A model generated the notes under the pieces. That model saw only the letters and a program-made list of their open reading frames with translations, made no database searches and was not told where the DNA came from. Positions 53,157 to 62,841 of a stretch of 64,000 nucleotides of DNA are shown one piece after another. The translations under genes were made by a program, and so were the position numbers. Position 1 is the stretch's first letter. Every line of letters begins with the position of its first letter. The stretch comes from an uncultured Acidobacteriota bacterium (GTDB lineage Bacteria > Acidobacteriota > Polarisedimenticolia > J045). The stretch lies in assembly GCA_963702425.1 (NCBI GenBank), contig CAVPCQ010000016.1, forward strand, positions 195,347-259,346, given 5' to 3'.

Positions 53157-55559
53157 TTGCGCTACCTCGCGGTCCACACCCACCTCTACCAGCCGCCGCG
53201 CGAGAACCCCTGGTTCGAGCGGGTCGAGCGCCAGCCCAGCGCGTGCCCCTTCCGCGACTGGAACGAACGGGTTTCCGACGAGTGTTACGAGCGCCTCGGC
53301 GGCGCCGCCGTCCGCGGGCCGGACGGGCGGGTCGTGGCGCTGGTCAACCTCTTCGGGAGGATCTCGTTCAACATCGGGCCGACCCTCGCCGCGTGGCTCG
53401 AGGCCGAGCGCCCGGAGGTGCTGGCCGACGCGCTCGCGGGAGACCGCGCCGCGATCGAGCGCACCGGGCACGGCGCAGCCCTGGCGCAGCCCTACGGGCA
53501 CCCGATCATGCCGCTCGCCGAGCCGCGCGAGAAACGGCTGCAGCTGGCCTGGGGCCTCGCCGACTTCCGGGCCCGCTTCGGGCGCGCGGCCGAAGGGCTG
53601 TGGTTCCCGGAGACGGCGGTCGACGTCCCCTCGCTCGAGGCCGCAGCCGACTTCGGGCTCTCGTTCACGATCGTCGCGCCCGAGCAGGTGCTGCGGATCC
53701 GGCCGCCCGGCAGCGCGACGTGGTCCGACGTCTCGGGCCAGCGCGTCCCGACGCATCGGTCGTACCGCGTTCCGCTCCCCTCCGGCCGCCCGTTCACGGT
53801 CTTCGCGTTCGACGGGCCGCTCTCCCGCGCTGCCGCGTTCGGCGGCACGCTGGCCTCGGGCGAAGCGCTGCTCGGCGCATTCCGCAGCGCGCTCGGCGCG
53901 ATGCCGGAGGACGAGGAGGGGTTCCGCCTGCTCGCCGCGGACGGCGAGACCTTCGGTCACCACCAGAAGGGGGCGGAGGAGAAGCTGGCCGAGGCCCTGG
54001 TGCGGACCCGCATGACCGGCCTCGCGCACGTCACCCATCTCGGCGACCTGTTCCACCGGCTCCCGGCGCGCTGGGAGGCGCTGCTCGCCGAGCCGTCGGC
54101 CTGGTCCTGCGCCCACGGCGTCGGGCGCTGGGAGCGCGACTGCGGCTGTGGCGCCGGGGCCGCCGGCGGGGGGGCCGCCGCCGCCGGCTGGCAGTGGGGC
54201 TGGCGCGCCCCGCTGCGGGCCGCCGTCGCGACGCTGCGCGACCGCCTCTTCGTGCTGGTCGACCGCCACGGGTCGACGCTGTTCCGCGACCCGTGGGGGG
54301 CCGCCGAGGCTTACGGCGAGATCCTCGTGCGACCGCCGTCCCCCGAGCGGCTGGCCGACTTCCTGGCCCGACACGCCGCACCCGGACTCGACGACGCGGG
54401 CCGGCTGCGCGCCGCGGCGCTGCTCGAACTGATCCGCCAGGTCCTGTTCTCGGCTACCTCCTGTGGCTGGTTCTTCGACGACATCGCGGGCCTCGAGGCG
54501 ACCCAGGTGCTGCGCCACGCGGCGCGGGCCTGCGAGTTGTCGCGCGCGGTCTTCGGGATCGATCCGGAGCCCGACTTCGCGACCCGCCTGCGCGACGCGG
54601 AATCGAACTTCCCGGGGCTGGGAAGCGGCGCCGACGTCTATCGGCGCCAGGTCCTCTCCGTCGCGCGCGGACCGGCCGACGCGCTCGCGCTGCACGCCGC
54701 GCACCTGTACGACGTTCAGCAGCACGGCAAGCTGTCGAACTCGGCGGTCGCGGCCGCGTACGGGGTCTTCGCCGTCAACGAGTCCAGCCCGCCGACGGCA
54801 CTTCAGGGGGAGGACGGGGCGCTCGCGGTCGAGGGGGAGGCGCAGGTCGTCCACCTGCGCACCGGCGCCGCGACCAGCGCCACCTACCGGATCGCGGGCG
54901 AGGCGCCGACCGCGCCACTGGCGCTCGAGATCGACGGCCGCCCGGTCGCCGAGCCGTCGCCGCTGGTCCAGGAGGCGCTGCTCGATCTCGCCGCCGAGCG
55001 CGCCTCGCGCCGGCTGCCGGTGCTCGATCCCGCGGCGCTGGAAGAACTGGCGTGGATCGTACGCCGCTCGCGCGAACTCGGCGTGCCGCTCCCGTCCCCG
55101 TTCCCGGAAGCGATCGCTGGCGGCGCCCGTGCGCTGCTCTCGGCGCTGCTGCGGGAGCAGACCGGCGAGCCGGCGGCGCGGGTGCGCCGGCTGCGCGACG
55201 CGCTGGCCGCGGCGCGCGCCGCGGGGTTGACCCCCGAGGAACTCGCCGACCTGCGCCCGCTGCTCGATCGGCACCTGGCGCACCTCGTGTGGCTCGCGCT
55301 GCTCGCCCGGCCGGCCGGCCGCGCGGGCGAGGCGCCGCCGGTGGCGGAGCTGGCGGAAGCGCTGACGGCGGCCCGCGAGGCGACCGGCGAGGCGGTACTC
55401 AATCGAACGCGGCGCTTCCTGGCCGCCCGGCCGCCCGGGGTGGCGATCAGCGACCTGGTGGCGCTGGCGGAGGCCGCCGGGATGTCGGCCGATGCGTTGA
55501 AACCGGTCGACACGCCGGTCCGGCCGTACGACGGCGACCGGCACGACACGCTGGTGTAG
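53157..55559 (+). CDS. GH57-family / DUF3536 glycoside hydrolase
   Basis: H.H.YQPPRENPW, DWNERV..ECY, SFNIGPTL, GLWFPETAVD, DGETFGHH, WSCAHGVGRW, SCGWFFDD. Confidence 0.88.
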   Translation: MRYLAVHTHLYQPPRENPWFERVERQPSACPFRDWNERVSDECYERLGGAAVRGPDGRVVALVNLFGRISFNIGPTLAAWLEAERPEVLADALAGDRAAIERTGHGAALAQPYGHPIMPLAEPREKRLQLAWGLADFRARFGRAAEGLWFPETAVDVPSLEAAADFGLSFTIVAPEQVLRIRPPGSATWSDVSGQRVPTHRSYRVPLPSGRPFTVFAFDGPLSRAAAFGGTLASGEALLGAFRSALGAMPEDEEGFRLLAADGETFGHHQKGAEEKLAEALVRTRMTGLAHVTHLGDLFHRLPARWEALLAEPSAWSCAHGVGRWERDCGCGAGAAGGGAAAAGWQWGWRAPLRAAVATLRDRLFVLVDRHGSTLFRDPWGAAEAYGEILVRPPSPERLADFLARHAAPGLDDAGRLRAAALLELIRQVLFSATSCGWFFDDIAGLEATQVLRHAARACELSRAVFGIDPEPDFATRLRDAESNFPGLGSGADVYRRQVLSVARGPADALALHAAHLYDVQQHGKLSNSAVAAAYGVFAVNESSPPTALQGEDGALAVEGEAQVVHLRTGAATSATYRIAGEAPTAPLALEIDGRPVAEPSPLVQEALLDLAAERASRRLPVLDPAALEELAWIVRRSRELGVPLPSPFPEAIAGGARALLSALLREQTGEPAARVRRLRDALAAARAAGLTPEELADLRPLLDRHLAHLVWLALLARPAGRAGEAPPVAELAEALTAAREATGEAVLNRTRRFLAARPPGVAISDLVALAEAAGMSADALKPVDTPVRPYDGDRHDTLV

Positions 55560-55586
55560 CGGGAGGGCCTCGCTGGTGTAGGGTGC

Positions 55587-55660
55587 GGGCCGGCACGGAG
55601 GCCGGCCCCTACGCTGCGCGCGGCGCAGGAACCGGTAGGTGCCGCCCTCCGTGGCGGCCC
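55587..55660. repeat. Pair of GTAG-REPs (inverted type A + direct type B)
   Basis: GGGCCGGCACGGAGGCCGGCCCCTAC 55587-55612; GTAGGTGCCGCCCTCCGTGGCGGCCC 55635-55660. Confidence 0.85.
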
Positions 55661-55695
55661 GAGAAGCTGGAACGCACTGCGACGGAGACCGTCCG

Positions 55696-56724
55696 ATGAG
55701 CGAACTGCGCCACGATCCGATCAATCGCCGCTGGGTGAACATCGCCGTCGAGCGCAGCCGGCGTCCGTCGGAGTTCCACTTCGCGCCGCCGGTCCCGCCC
55801 GAGGACGAGCCGCCCTGCGCCTTCTGCCCCGGCCGCGAGTCGTCCACTCCGCCCGAGCTGCTGGCGGTCCGCGAGTCAGGCCAGCCGAACGCTCCAGGCT
55901 GGCTGGTGCGCGTCATCCCCAACAAGGCGCCGGCCTTCGCCATCGAGGGCGAGGCCGACCGCCGCGGCTACGGCGTCTACGACAAGATGCGCGGGATCGG
56001 GGCGCACGAGATCGTGATCGAAACCCCGGTGCACCGCGTCAAGCCTCACGAGCTGCCGCTGCTGCAGAAAGCCGCGGCGCTCAACGCCAGCAAGGTCCGG
56101 ATCGGCGACCTGCTGCGCGACCCGCGCTTCAAGTACATCCTGCTGTTCCGCAACTACGGTGTCGCGGCCGGTGCGACCGTGCACCATCCCGCACAGCAGA
56201 TCGTCGCCACGCCGGTGACCCCTCCCGCGATCGCGCAGCAGCTGGAGACGGCCCGGGCGCACTACCATCACAAGGAGCGCTGCCTGTTCTGCGACGTGAT
56301 CGACCAGGAACTGACGGACGGCTCACGCATCGTCCACGTCGACGACGGCTACGTCACCTTCGCACCCTACGCCTCGCGCTTCCCTTACGAGATCCACATC
56401 TACCCGCGCCGCCACCAGCACCAGTTCACCGACGTTTCGGGTGCCGAGATGGAGGGGTTGGCGGCGCACATGCTCGAAGTCTTCCGACGGCTCGACGTCG
56501 TGCTCGGCGACGCGCCGCTCAACTGGATGCTGGTCAACGCGCCCAACCCGCACGCCGGCGCGCGGCGCTCCGGCTACTGGACGACGCTGCCCTGGGACTT
56601 CCACTGGCACATCGAGGTCCTGCCGCGGCTCACGCCGCTGGCGGGGTTCGAGTGGGGGACGGGGCTCTACATCAATCCCTCCCCGCCGGAGGACGCGGCG
56701 GCCTTCCTGCGGGATGCGCGGTAG
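55696..56724 (+). CDS. galT: GalT-like hexose-1-phosphate uridylyltransferase / HIT-family nucleotidyltransferase
   Basis: MSELRHDP...W, CAFCPG.E..TP, GAHEIVIETP, CLFCD, FHWHIE..PR, AGFEWGTG.YIN. Confidence 0.85.
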   Translation: MSELRHDPINRRWVNIAVERSRRPSEFHFAPPVPPEDEPPCAFCPGRESSTPPELLAVRESGQPNAPGWLVRVIPNKAPAFAIEGEADRRGYGVYDKMRGIGAHEIVIETPVHRVKPHELPLLQKAAALNASKVRIGDLLRDPRFKYILLFRNYGVAAGATVHHPAQQIVATPVTPPAIAQQLETARAHYHHKERCLFCDVIDQELTDGSRIVHVDDGYVTFAPYASRFPYEIHIYPRRHQHQFTDVSGAEMEGLAAHMLEVFRRLDVVLGDAPLNWMLVNAPNPHAGARRSGYWTTLPWDFHWHIEVLPRLTPLAGFEWGTGLYINPSPPEDAAAFLRDAR

Positions 56725-56805
56725 AGGGCCCCGCTTCGGATCCTGCGGGCCGGCGTGGAGACCGATCCCTACGTATTACTCGCTTGGCTAACCGAGTCAT
56801 TCTTC

Positions 56806-56834
56806 TTGCCTTTAATTTCCGCCTGTTTGAGAAT
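56806..56834 (+). promoter_or_regulatory. Putative sigma70 promoter of purD operon
   Basis: TTGCCT-17 bp-GAGAAT in an AT-rich intergenic patch. Confidence 0.5.
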
Positions 56835-56947
56835 CGCGCCGCGTCAGATCTGGCCGTCCGGGGTGGGCCGGGCGAGCGGGAGCAAGCGGCTGCGTTCGGG
56901 GGGCGCCTTCGGGCCGCTTCCGGTGACACGAGGAAGGGGAAGCGGAC

Positions 56948-58249
56948 ATGAAGGTGCTGGTCATCGGCGGAGGTGGCCGAGAGCACGCTCTGGCGTGGAA
57001 GATCCGTCAGAGCCGGGTCGTCGAAGAGCTCTTCTGCAGTCCCGGTAATGCCGGCATCGCCGAAATCGCCGACTGCCCTCCCCTTGCCTCCTCCGATCTC
57101 GACGCCGTCGCCGATTTCGTCGCGCGCCAGGGGATCGACCTGACCGTCATCGGCCCCGAGATGCCGCTCTGCCAGGGACTGACCGACAAGATCCAGGCCC
57201 GCGGGCGCGCCGTCTTCGGACCGTCCGCCGGGGCCGCGCGACTCGAGGGGAGCAAGGCCTTCAGCAAGCAGTTCATGCGCCGGCACGGGATCCCGACCGC
57301 GCCCTTCGAGATCTTCGACGACGTCGACGCCGCCTGCCGGTTCATCGATCAGCACCCGTTGCCGCTGGTCGTGAAGGCCGACGGCCTCGCCGCGGGCAAG
57401 GGGGTCTTCATCTGCGAGACCCGCGAGCAGGGGCACGAGGCGGTGCAGCGCCTGATGGTCCAGCGCGCCTTCGGCGGCGCGGGCAAGGTGGTCGTGATCG
57501 AGCGCTTCGTGACCGGGCGCGAGGCCTCGTTCTTCGTGATCAGCGACGGCGTGCGGGTCATCCCGCTCGTCACCGCGCAGGACTACAAGCGCGTCTTCGA
57601 CGGCGACCGCGGCCCGAACACCGGCGGGATGGGCGCCTTCTCCCCCGCCCTGCACCTCGACCGCGCGACGATCGCGTACGTGCTCGAGAAGGTCGTGGCG
57701 CCGACGATCAAGGGGATGGCGGACGAAGGGCACCCCTACCGCGGCGTGCTCTACGTCGGCCTCATGCTGAACGAGGCGGGACCGAGCGTGCTCGAGTACA
57801 ACGTCCGCTTCGGCGACCCGGAGACGCAGGTCATCCTGCCGCGCCTGGCCTCGGACCTGGTCCCGGTGCTTGCCGCCGCCGCGCATGGCGACCTCTCCAA
57901 CGCGCGCGTCGAGTGGCGGCGCGAGGCGGCGGTCACGGTCGTGCTCGCCGCGCAGGGTTACCCGGGCCAGTACCCGAAGGGGAAGAAGATCACCGGGCTC
58001 GACCTCTTCGTCGGCGGGCCCGACCTGCTCTTCTTCCACGCCGGCACCCGCACCGGGCCGGGCGGCGAGATCCGCACCGCCGGCGGCCGCGTGCTCGACG
58101 TGACCGCGCTGGGCCGCGACATCGCCGACGCGCGCCGGCGGGCCTACGACGCCGCGTCGCGGATCCATTTCCCCGGCGTGCACTACCGCCGCGACGTCGC
58201 CGTGGACGCGCTGGAGCTGCTGGCGCGCCGCAACGGAGCCCCCGCGTGA
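56948..58249 (+). CDS. purD: Phosphoribosylamine--glycine ligase
   Basis: MKVLVIGGGGREHAL, LEGSKAF, KADGLAAGKGV, GPNTGGMG, EYNVRFGDPE. Confidence 0.97.
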   Translation: MKVLVIGGGGREHALAWKIRQSRVVEELFCSPGNAGIAEIADCPPLASSDLDAVADFVARQGIDLTVIGPEMPLCQGLTDKIQARGRAVFGPSAGAARLEGSKAFSKQFMRRHGIPTAPFEIFDDVDAACRFIDQHPLPLVVKADGLAAGKGVFICETREQGHEAVQRLMVQRAFGGAGKVVVIERFVTGREASFFVISDGVRVIPLVTAQDYKRVFDGDRGPNTGGMGAFSPALHLDRATIAYVLEKVVAPTIKGMADEGHPYRGVLYVGLMLNEAGPSVLEYNVRFGDPETQVILPRLASDLVPVLAAAAHGDLSNARVEWRREAAVTVVLAAQGYPGQYPKGKKITGLDLFVGGPDLLFFHAGTRTGPGGEIRTAGGRVLDVTALGRDIADARRRAYDAASRIHFPGVHYRRDVAVDALELLARRNGAPA

Positions 58250-58767
58250 GCCCGGCGCCGAGAGTGGCGATCCTGATGGGCTCGGCGTCCGACCTCGACC
58301 AGATGGCCGAGGCGGCGCGCGAGTTGTCGCGCTTCGGCGTCCCGTACGAGATCCGCGTCACCTCCGCGCACCGCACCCCCGCGGAGACCGCCGCCTACGT
58401 CAGGGATTGCGAGGCCCGCGGCGTGCTCGTGTTCATCGCCGGGGCCGGCATGGCCGCGCACCTGGCCGGCACCGTCGCGGCGCACACCACGCGCCCGGTG
58501 CTGGGCGTGCCGCTGGGCGGCTCGACGCTGGGCGGCCTCGACGCGCTGCTCTCGACCGCGCAGATGCCGAAGGGCGTGCCGGTCGCGACGCTGGCGATCG
58601 GCAAGGCCGGTGCGGCCAACGCCGGCGTGCTCGCGGTGCAGATCCTGGCGCTCTCCGACCCGGCGCTGGCGGAGCGGCTCGCGCAACGCAAGCGCGAGAT
58701 GGCGGCGGAGGTCGAGCGCGCGTCGGCCGGGGCGCGCGACACGCTCGCCGGCCTGCTCGCGGGCTGA
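58246..58767 (+). CDS. purE: N5-CAIR mutase
   Basis: [40 protein letters not shown]. Confidence 0.96.
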   Translation: MSPAPRVAILMGSASDLDQMAEAARELSRFGVPYEIRVTSAHRTPAETAAYVRDCEARGVLVFIAGAGMAAHLAGTVAAHTTRPVLGVPLGGSTLGGLDALLSTAQMPKGVPVATLAIGKAGAANAGVLAVQILALSDPALAERLAQRKREMAAEVERASAGARDTLAGLLAG

Positions 58768-58802
58768 CCCGGCGTCCCGGGGCCGCCGGGCCGGTCGTCG
58801 CC

Positions 58803-60155
58803 ATGCCGCGGTACCACGTCGTCACGCTGGGCTGCAAGCTCAACCAGTTCGACAGCGCCCTGGCCGAGGGACTGCTGCGCGCGCAGGGCTACACGCCGAC
58901 GGCCGACCCGGCCGAGGCCGACCTGATCCTGCTCAACACCTGCACCGTCACCTCTGCCGCCGATCGCGACGGCCGGCGGCTCGCGCGCCGGCTGCGGCGG
59001 CTGAACCCGGAGGCGCGGATCGTGGCGACCGGCTGCTATGCCGAACGCGACCCCGGGGCGCTGAGCGGACTGGGCGTGCTGGACGCGGTCGTGGGACACG
59101 CGGCGCGGCACAGGTTGCCGGCGGCGTTGCTGGGAACATCCGCAGGGGCCGCCCTCCGTGGCGGCCCGCCGCAGGGCGCGTGCGGGAGGGCCGGCACGGA
59201 GGCCGGCCCCTACGGGGCGCGCGAGGGCGCGAGCTTCAGCGCGGCCCCGGCGTCGTCTACTTCGAGGACTCGGCGCGGGGCTGGCTGCGGGTGCAGGAGG
59301 GCTGCGACCTCGCCTGCAGCTACTGCATCATTCCCCGCGTCCGCGGACCCGGCCGCTCGCTCGCCGCGGCGGCGGTGGTGGCCGACGCCCGCGCGCTGGC
59401 GGCGCGGGGCGTGCGCGAGATCGGCCTCACCGGCGTGAACGTGGGCGACTGGGGGCGGGACCTCGCGCCGCGTGAGGAGCTGGCCGACCTGCTCGACGCG
59501 CTGCTCGCGGCCGAGCTGCCGCTCGTGCTGCGGCTCAACTCGCTCGAGCCGCGCACGGTCACGCCGCGCATCGTCGAGCGGCTGGCGTCGACGCCGGCCC
59601 GGCAGCTCGCGCCGCACCTCCAGGTTCCGCTCCAGAGCGGAAGCGACCGGGTGCTGGGATCGATGGCGCGGAACTACCGCACCCGCGACTACCGCGTCCT
59701 GATCGAGACGCTCGCGGCCCGCGCCCCCGACATCTGCCTCGGCGCCGACGTGATCGCGGGCTTCCCGGGCGAACGCGACGCGGACCACCGCGAGACGCTC
59801 GCCTTCGTCGAGAGCCTGCCGCTCGCCTACCTGCACGTCTTCTCGTACTCGTCGCGGCCCGGCACCCGCGCCGCGGCGATGCCGGGGCACCTGCCGCCGG
59901 AGGTCGTCGCGGGCGCGGACCGCCGAGCTGCGCGCGCTCGGCGCGGCGAAGAAGCGCGCCTACCGCGAGCGGCTGCTCGGCCGGACGCTCCCCGCGCTGG
60001 CCCTGGCCGGGCTGGCCGGCGACGGTTGGCGCCGCACCCTGACTGCCCACTACATTGAGGTCCTCGTTCCCGCGGCCCCGCCCGGCACGCCCCTCGCGGT
60101 GCGCCTGACGCAGGTCGAGGCGGACGGGGAAACCGTGCGCGGCGCGGTCGCCTGA
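58803..60155 (+). CDS. mtaB: MtaB/MiaB-family tRNA methylthiotransferase; frameshifts ~59245 and ~59915
   Basis: [63 protein letters not shown]. Confidence 0.87.
59142..59213. repeat. REPIN-like pair inside the mtaB coding sequence
   Basis: GCAGGGGCCGCCCTCCGTGGCGGCCC 59142-59167 and GGGCCGGCACGGAGGCCGGCCCCTAC 59188-59213. Confidence 0.88.
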
Positions 60156-60175
60156 CCGCCGTCGCCGAGGGCCTC

Positions 60176-61249
60176 ATGGGAACGCTCCGCCGGGGGACCG
60201 CGATCGTCACGGCGCTGCTCGCCGCCGCGCTGCTGCCGGCGCGCGCCGCGGGCGACCCGGCCGGGGGGGTGCGCTGGTTCTCCGGCAGCTTCGAACAGGC
60301 GCTCGCCGCGGCCCGGGAGCAGCACAAGCTCGTGCTGCTCGACGCCTGGGCCGCGTGGTGCAAGTACTGTCACGTGATGGACGCCGAGGTCTGGTCGAAG
60401 GACGAGGTCGGTCGCGCCCTCGCGCCGGAGGTCATAGCGCTGCGGGCCGAGGTCGACGCGGTCAAGGGGACCGGCCTCGACCTGAGGGACCGCTACCAGA
60501 TCGAAGGGCTGCCGCTGGTGCTGCTGCTCGACCCGGCCGACGGGAAGGCGCTCGAGCGGCTCGAAGGCTACCGCAAGGCGCCCGAGATCCTCGCGGCCGT
60601 CGATCGCGCGCGGCTCGCGGCGGGCGGCGGGCGGGCCGCGACGGCGGCGGCCGCGGGCGATCCCGCGGAGCTGCTGCGCGTCGCCGGGCAGCTGCGGCGC
60701 AGCGGCGAGACGGCGGGCGCGCGCACGGCCGCCGAACAGGCCCTCGCCGCCGACCCGGCCTGCGCGGGAGACGCCGGCGACGACGCGGTGCTGTTCCTCG
60801 TGGAACTCGATCTCGGGGCCGCCCAGCCCGCGGCCGCGCTGGCCCGGCTCTCGGCCGCCGCCGCCCCCTGCGCGGCAGCCAGCGGCGCGGCGGAGATCTG
60901 GGATCGTTACGTCGAGCTGGCGGGAACCGTGGAAGGGGACGCGGCGAAAGGGGCGGTGCTGATCCGGCGCGCGGAGGCCTTCCCCGGCGACCCCGATGCG
61001 CAGCGCGCCGCCGCGGCCTGGCTGGTCCGCTCGGCCCGGGATCCGGGGCGCGCCGCGGAGTTCGCCGGCCGGGCGCTGACGCTCGCGCCCGACGACCCGC
61101 GGGCGATGGCCGCGGTGGCCGAAGTCGCACTGGCCCAGGGGAACGTCGCGCGGGCCCGGGAGCTGATCGAGCGCGCGATCAAGCTCGATCCGCACGATCC
61201 CGAGCTGCGGGAGCTGCGCCTTCGGATCACGATGGCGGCTCGGTCGTAG
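60176..61249 (+). CDS. Exported thioredoxin-fold (CxxC) protein with TPRs
   Basis: Signal peptide, DAWAAWCKYCHVM, TPR-like C-terminus. Confidence 0.82.
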   Translation: MGTLRRGTAIVTALLAAALLPARAAGDPAGGVRWFSGSFEQALAAAREQHKLVLLDAWAAWCKYCHVMDAEVWSKDEVGRALAPEVIALRAEVDAVKGTGLDLRDRYQIEGLPLVLLLDPADGKALERLEGYRKAPEILAAVDRARLAAGGGRAATAAAAGDPAELLRVAGQLRRSGETAGARTAAEQALAADPACAGDAGDDAVLFLVELDLGAAQPAAALARLSAAAAPCAAASGAAEIWDRYVELAGTVEGDAAKGAVLIRRAEAFPGDPDAQRAAAAWLVRSARDPGRAAEFAGRALTLAPDDPRAMAAVAEVALAQGNVARARELIERAIKLDPHDPELRELRLRITMAARS

Positions 61250-61299
61250 CCGCCCGCGTGTTTGTGTGGTTGTTAGTAATAAAGAAGAAAGGCCCAGGC

Positions 61300-62841
61300 G
61301 TGACCCGCGGCCGCATCCCCTTCCCGACCGCTGCCGGCGCCTGCCTCGCCGCGTTCGCGATCTGCGCCGCACCCGGGGTCGCCCGCGGCGCGCGCCGAGA
61401 ACGCGGGGGACGTGCGGCAGGAGTCGTTCCGGCGCCTCAACGAGGGGATCCGGCAGCTCAAGACGGGCGATGCGCGGGCCGCCGCGGACAACCTCTGCTG
61501 GGTCGCGGCGCGCGCGCTCTCGTCGCACGACGCGCACTGGTACTGCGGGCTCGCGCTGATCCAGGCGCGCGACCCCGACGGGGCGGTCAAGGTGCTCGAG
61601 ATCGCGATCGAGCTGGAGCCGAAACACCTCGGCACGCTGGTCGCGCTGGGCGACGCGAACCTCTCCGCCGGCAACCCCGACCGGGCCCGCGCCGCGTACT
61701 ACATGGCGCTCGACGTGCGAAAGGACTACTCGCCGGCCTGGGACGGGCTGGCCCGCGTCGCGATCGCCACCGGCGACGAGGCGCAGGCGCTCGAGTTCTT
61801 CGGCAAGGCGCTCGACGCCAACCCGGCCGACGCGCGGACGCGGATCCACCGCGGCGAGTACCAGCTCTCGAAGAACCGGATCGAGGTGGCGCTCGACGAC
61901 GCGCGCGAGGCGGCCCGGCTGCGGCCCGACGACGCCGAGGTGCAGCTGGGGCTGGCCCGCACGCTGCTGCGCGCGCGCCTGCCCGACCAGGCGCTCGCCC
62001 CGGCCCGCGAGGCGATCCGCCTGACCCCCCGCGACGCGCGCGCGGTCGTGCTGATGGCCGAGATCTACCTCGCGCTCGACGCGCTGCCCGAGGCCGAGGA
62101 GGCCGCACGCCAGGCGCTCGCGATCGACCCCGGCTTCGCCCGCGCGCAGGTCGCGCTGGCCGACGCTCTCGGCCGCTCGGGACGGCTCGACGACGCGCTG
62201 GCGCAGCTGGGGGAGACGGTCGGGGCGACCGCCGCGACGCGCGACGACGCGGGGGCCGTGTTGCGCCGCGAGGCCCAGCAGCGCTGGCACGCCCGGCTGA
62301 GCGAGCTGGCGACGCTCGGCGCGAAGGCGCAGAGCGGCGAGGCCACGCCGGCCGACCTGCTGGCGCTGGGCGAGACGCAGATCGCGGTGGGACGGGCCGC
62401 GGAGGCCGCCACGCTGGCCGAGTCGGCGGTGGCCCGAGCCCCCGGGGACATCGACGTCGCGCGGCGCGCGGTCTTCGTGCTCGGCTCCGCCGGCCGGATG
62501 CTGGAGGCCGAGAAGCTGCTGCTGCGGGTCGCGGAGCAGCAGCCGCTCGGCGGCGCGGACCTCGTCAACCTCGGGGTGCTGCGCGAGCTGACCGGCGATC
62601 CCGCGGGGGCGGCCGAGGCCTACCGCCGCGCGGTCGAGGCCGGGGGGGCTGGTCCGCGCAGGCCGGGCTGGCGCGCCTCGCGCTCGCCGCCGGCGACCGC
62701 GACGCGGCCACCGCCGCGCTGCAGGCGCTGCTCGCGGCCGGGCCGCCCCCGGACGACACGGCGCGCGCCGTGGAAGCGCTGCGCACGCTCGATCCGGCGG
62801 CCCGGCCGTCGACCCTGCCGGCCGACGAGAGGAAGAAGTGA
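61300..62841 (+). CDS. Exported multi-TPR protein; frameshifts ~61390 and ~62645
   Basis: Main frame not in ORF track: HWYCGLAL, LVALGDANL, AWDGLARV, LVNLGVLRE. Confidence 0.72.
   Translation: MTRGRIPFPTAAGACLAAFAICAAPGVARGARRERGGRAAGVVPAPQRGDPAAQDGRCAGRRGQPLLGRGARALVARRALVLRARADPGARPRRGGQGARDRDRAGAETPRHAGRAGRREPLRRQPRPGPRRVLHGARRAKGLLAGLGRAGPRRDRHRRRGAGARVLRQGARRQPGRRADADPPRRVPALEEPDRGGARRRARGGPAAARRRRGAAGAGPHAAARAPARPGARPGPRGDPPDPPRRARGRADGRDLPRARRAARGRGGRTPGARDRPRLRPRAGRAGRRSRPLGTARRRAGAAGGDGRGDRRDARRRGGRVAPRGPAALARPAERAGDARREGAERRGHAGRPAGAGRDADRGGTGRGGRHAGRVGGGPSPRGHRRRAARGLRARLRRPDAGGREAAAAGRGAAAARRRGPRQPRGAARADRRSRGGGRGLPPRGRGRGGWSAQAGLARLALAAGDRDAATAALQALLAAGPPPDDTARAVEALRTLDPAARPSTLPADERKK

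Noticed and set aside
56185-56202. Apparent loss of the catalytic His in the GalT-like protein (HPAQQ instead of HPHSQ)
   Set aside because: The DNA reads CATCCCGCACAGCAGATC. Removing one C from CCC and adding one C after AGC gives CAT CCG CAC AGC CAG ATC (HPHSQI). Compensating indel errors are the simpler explanation in this error-rich sequence.
56725-56947. ZTP or purine riboswitch upstream of purD
   Set aside because: No recognisable conserved aptamer motifs by eye; an Rfam/Infernal scan would settle it.
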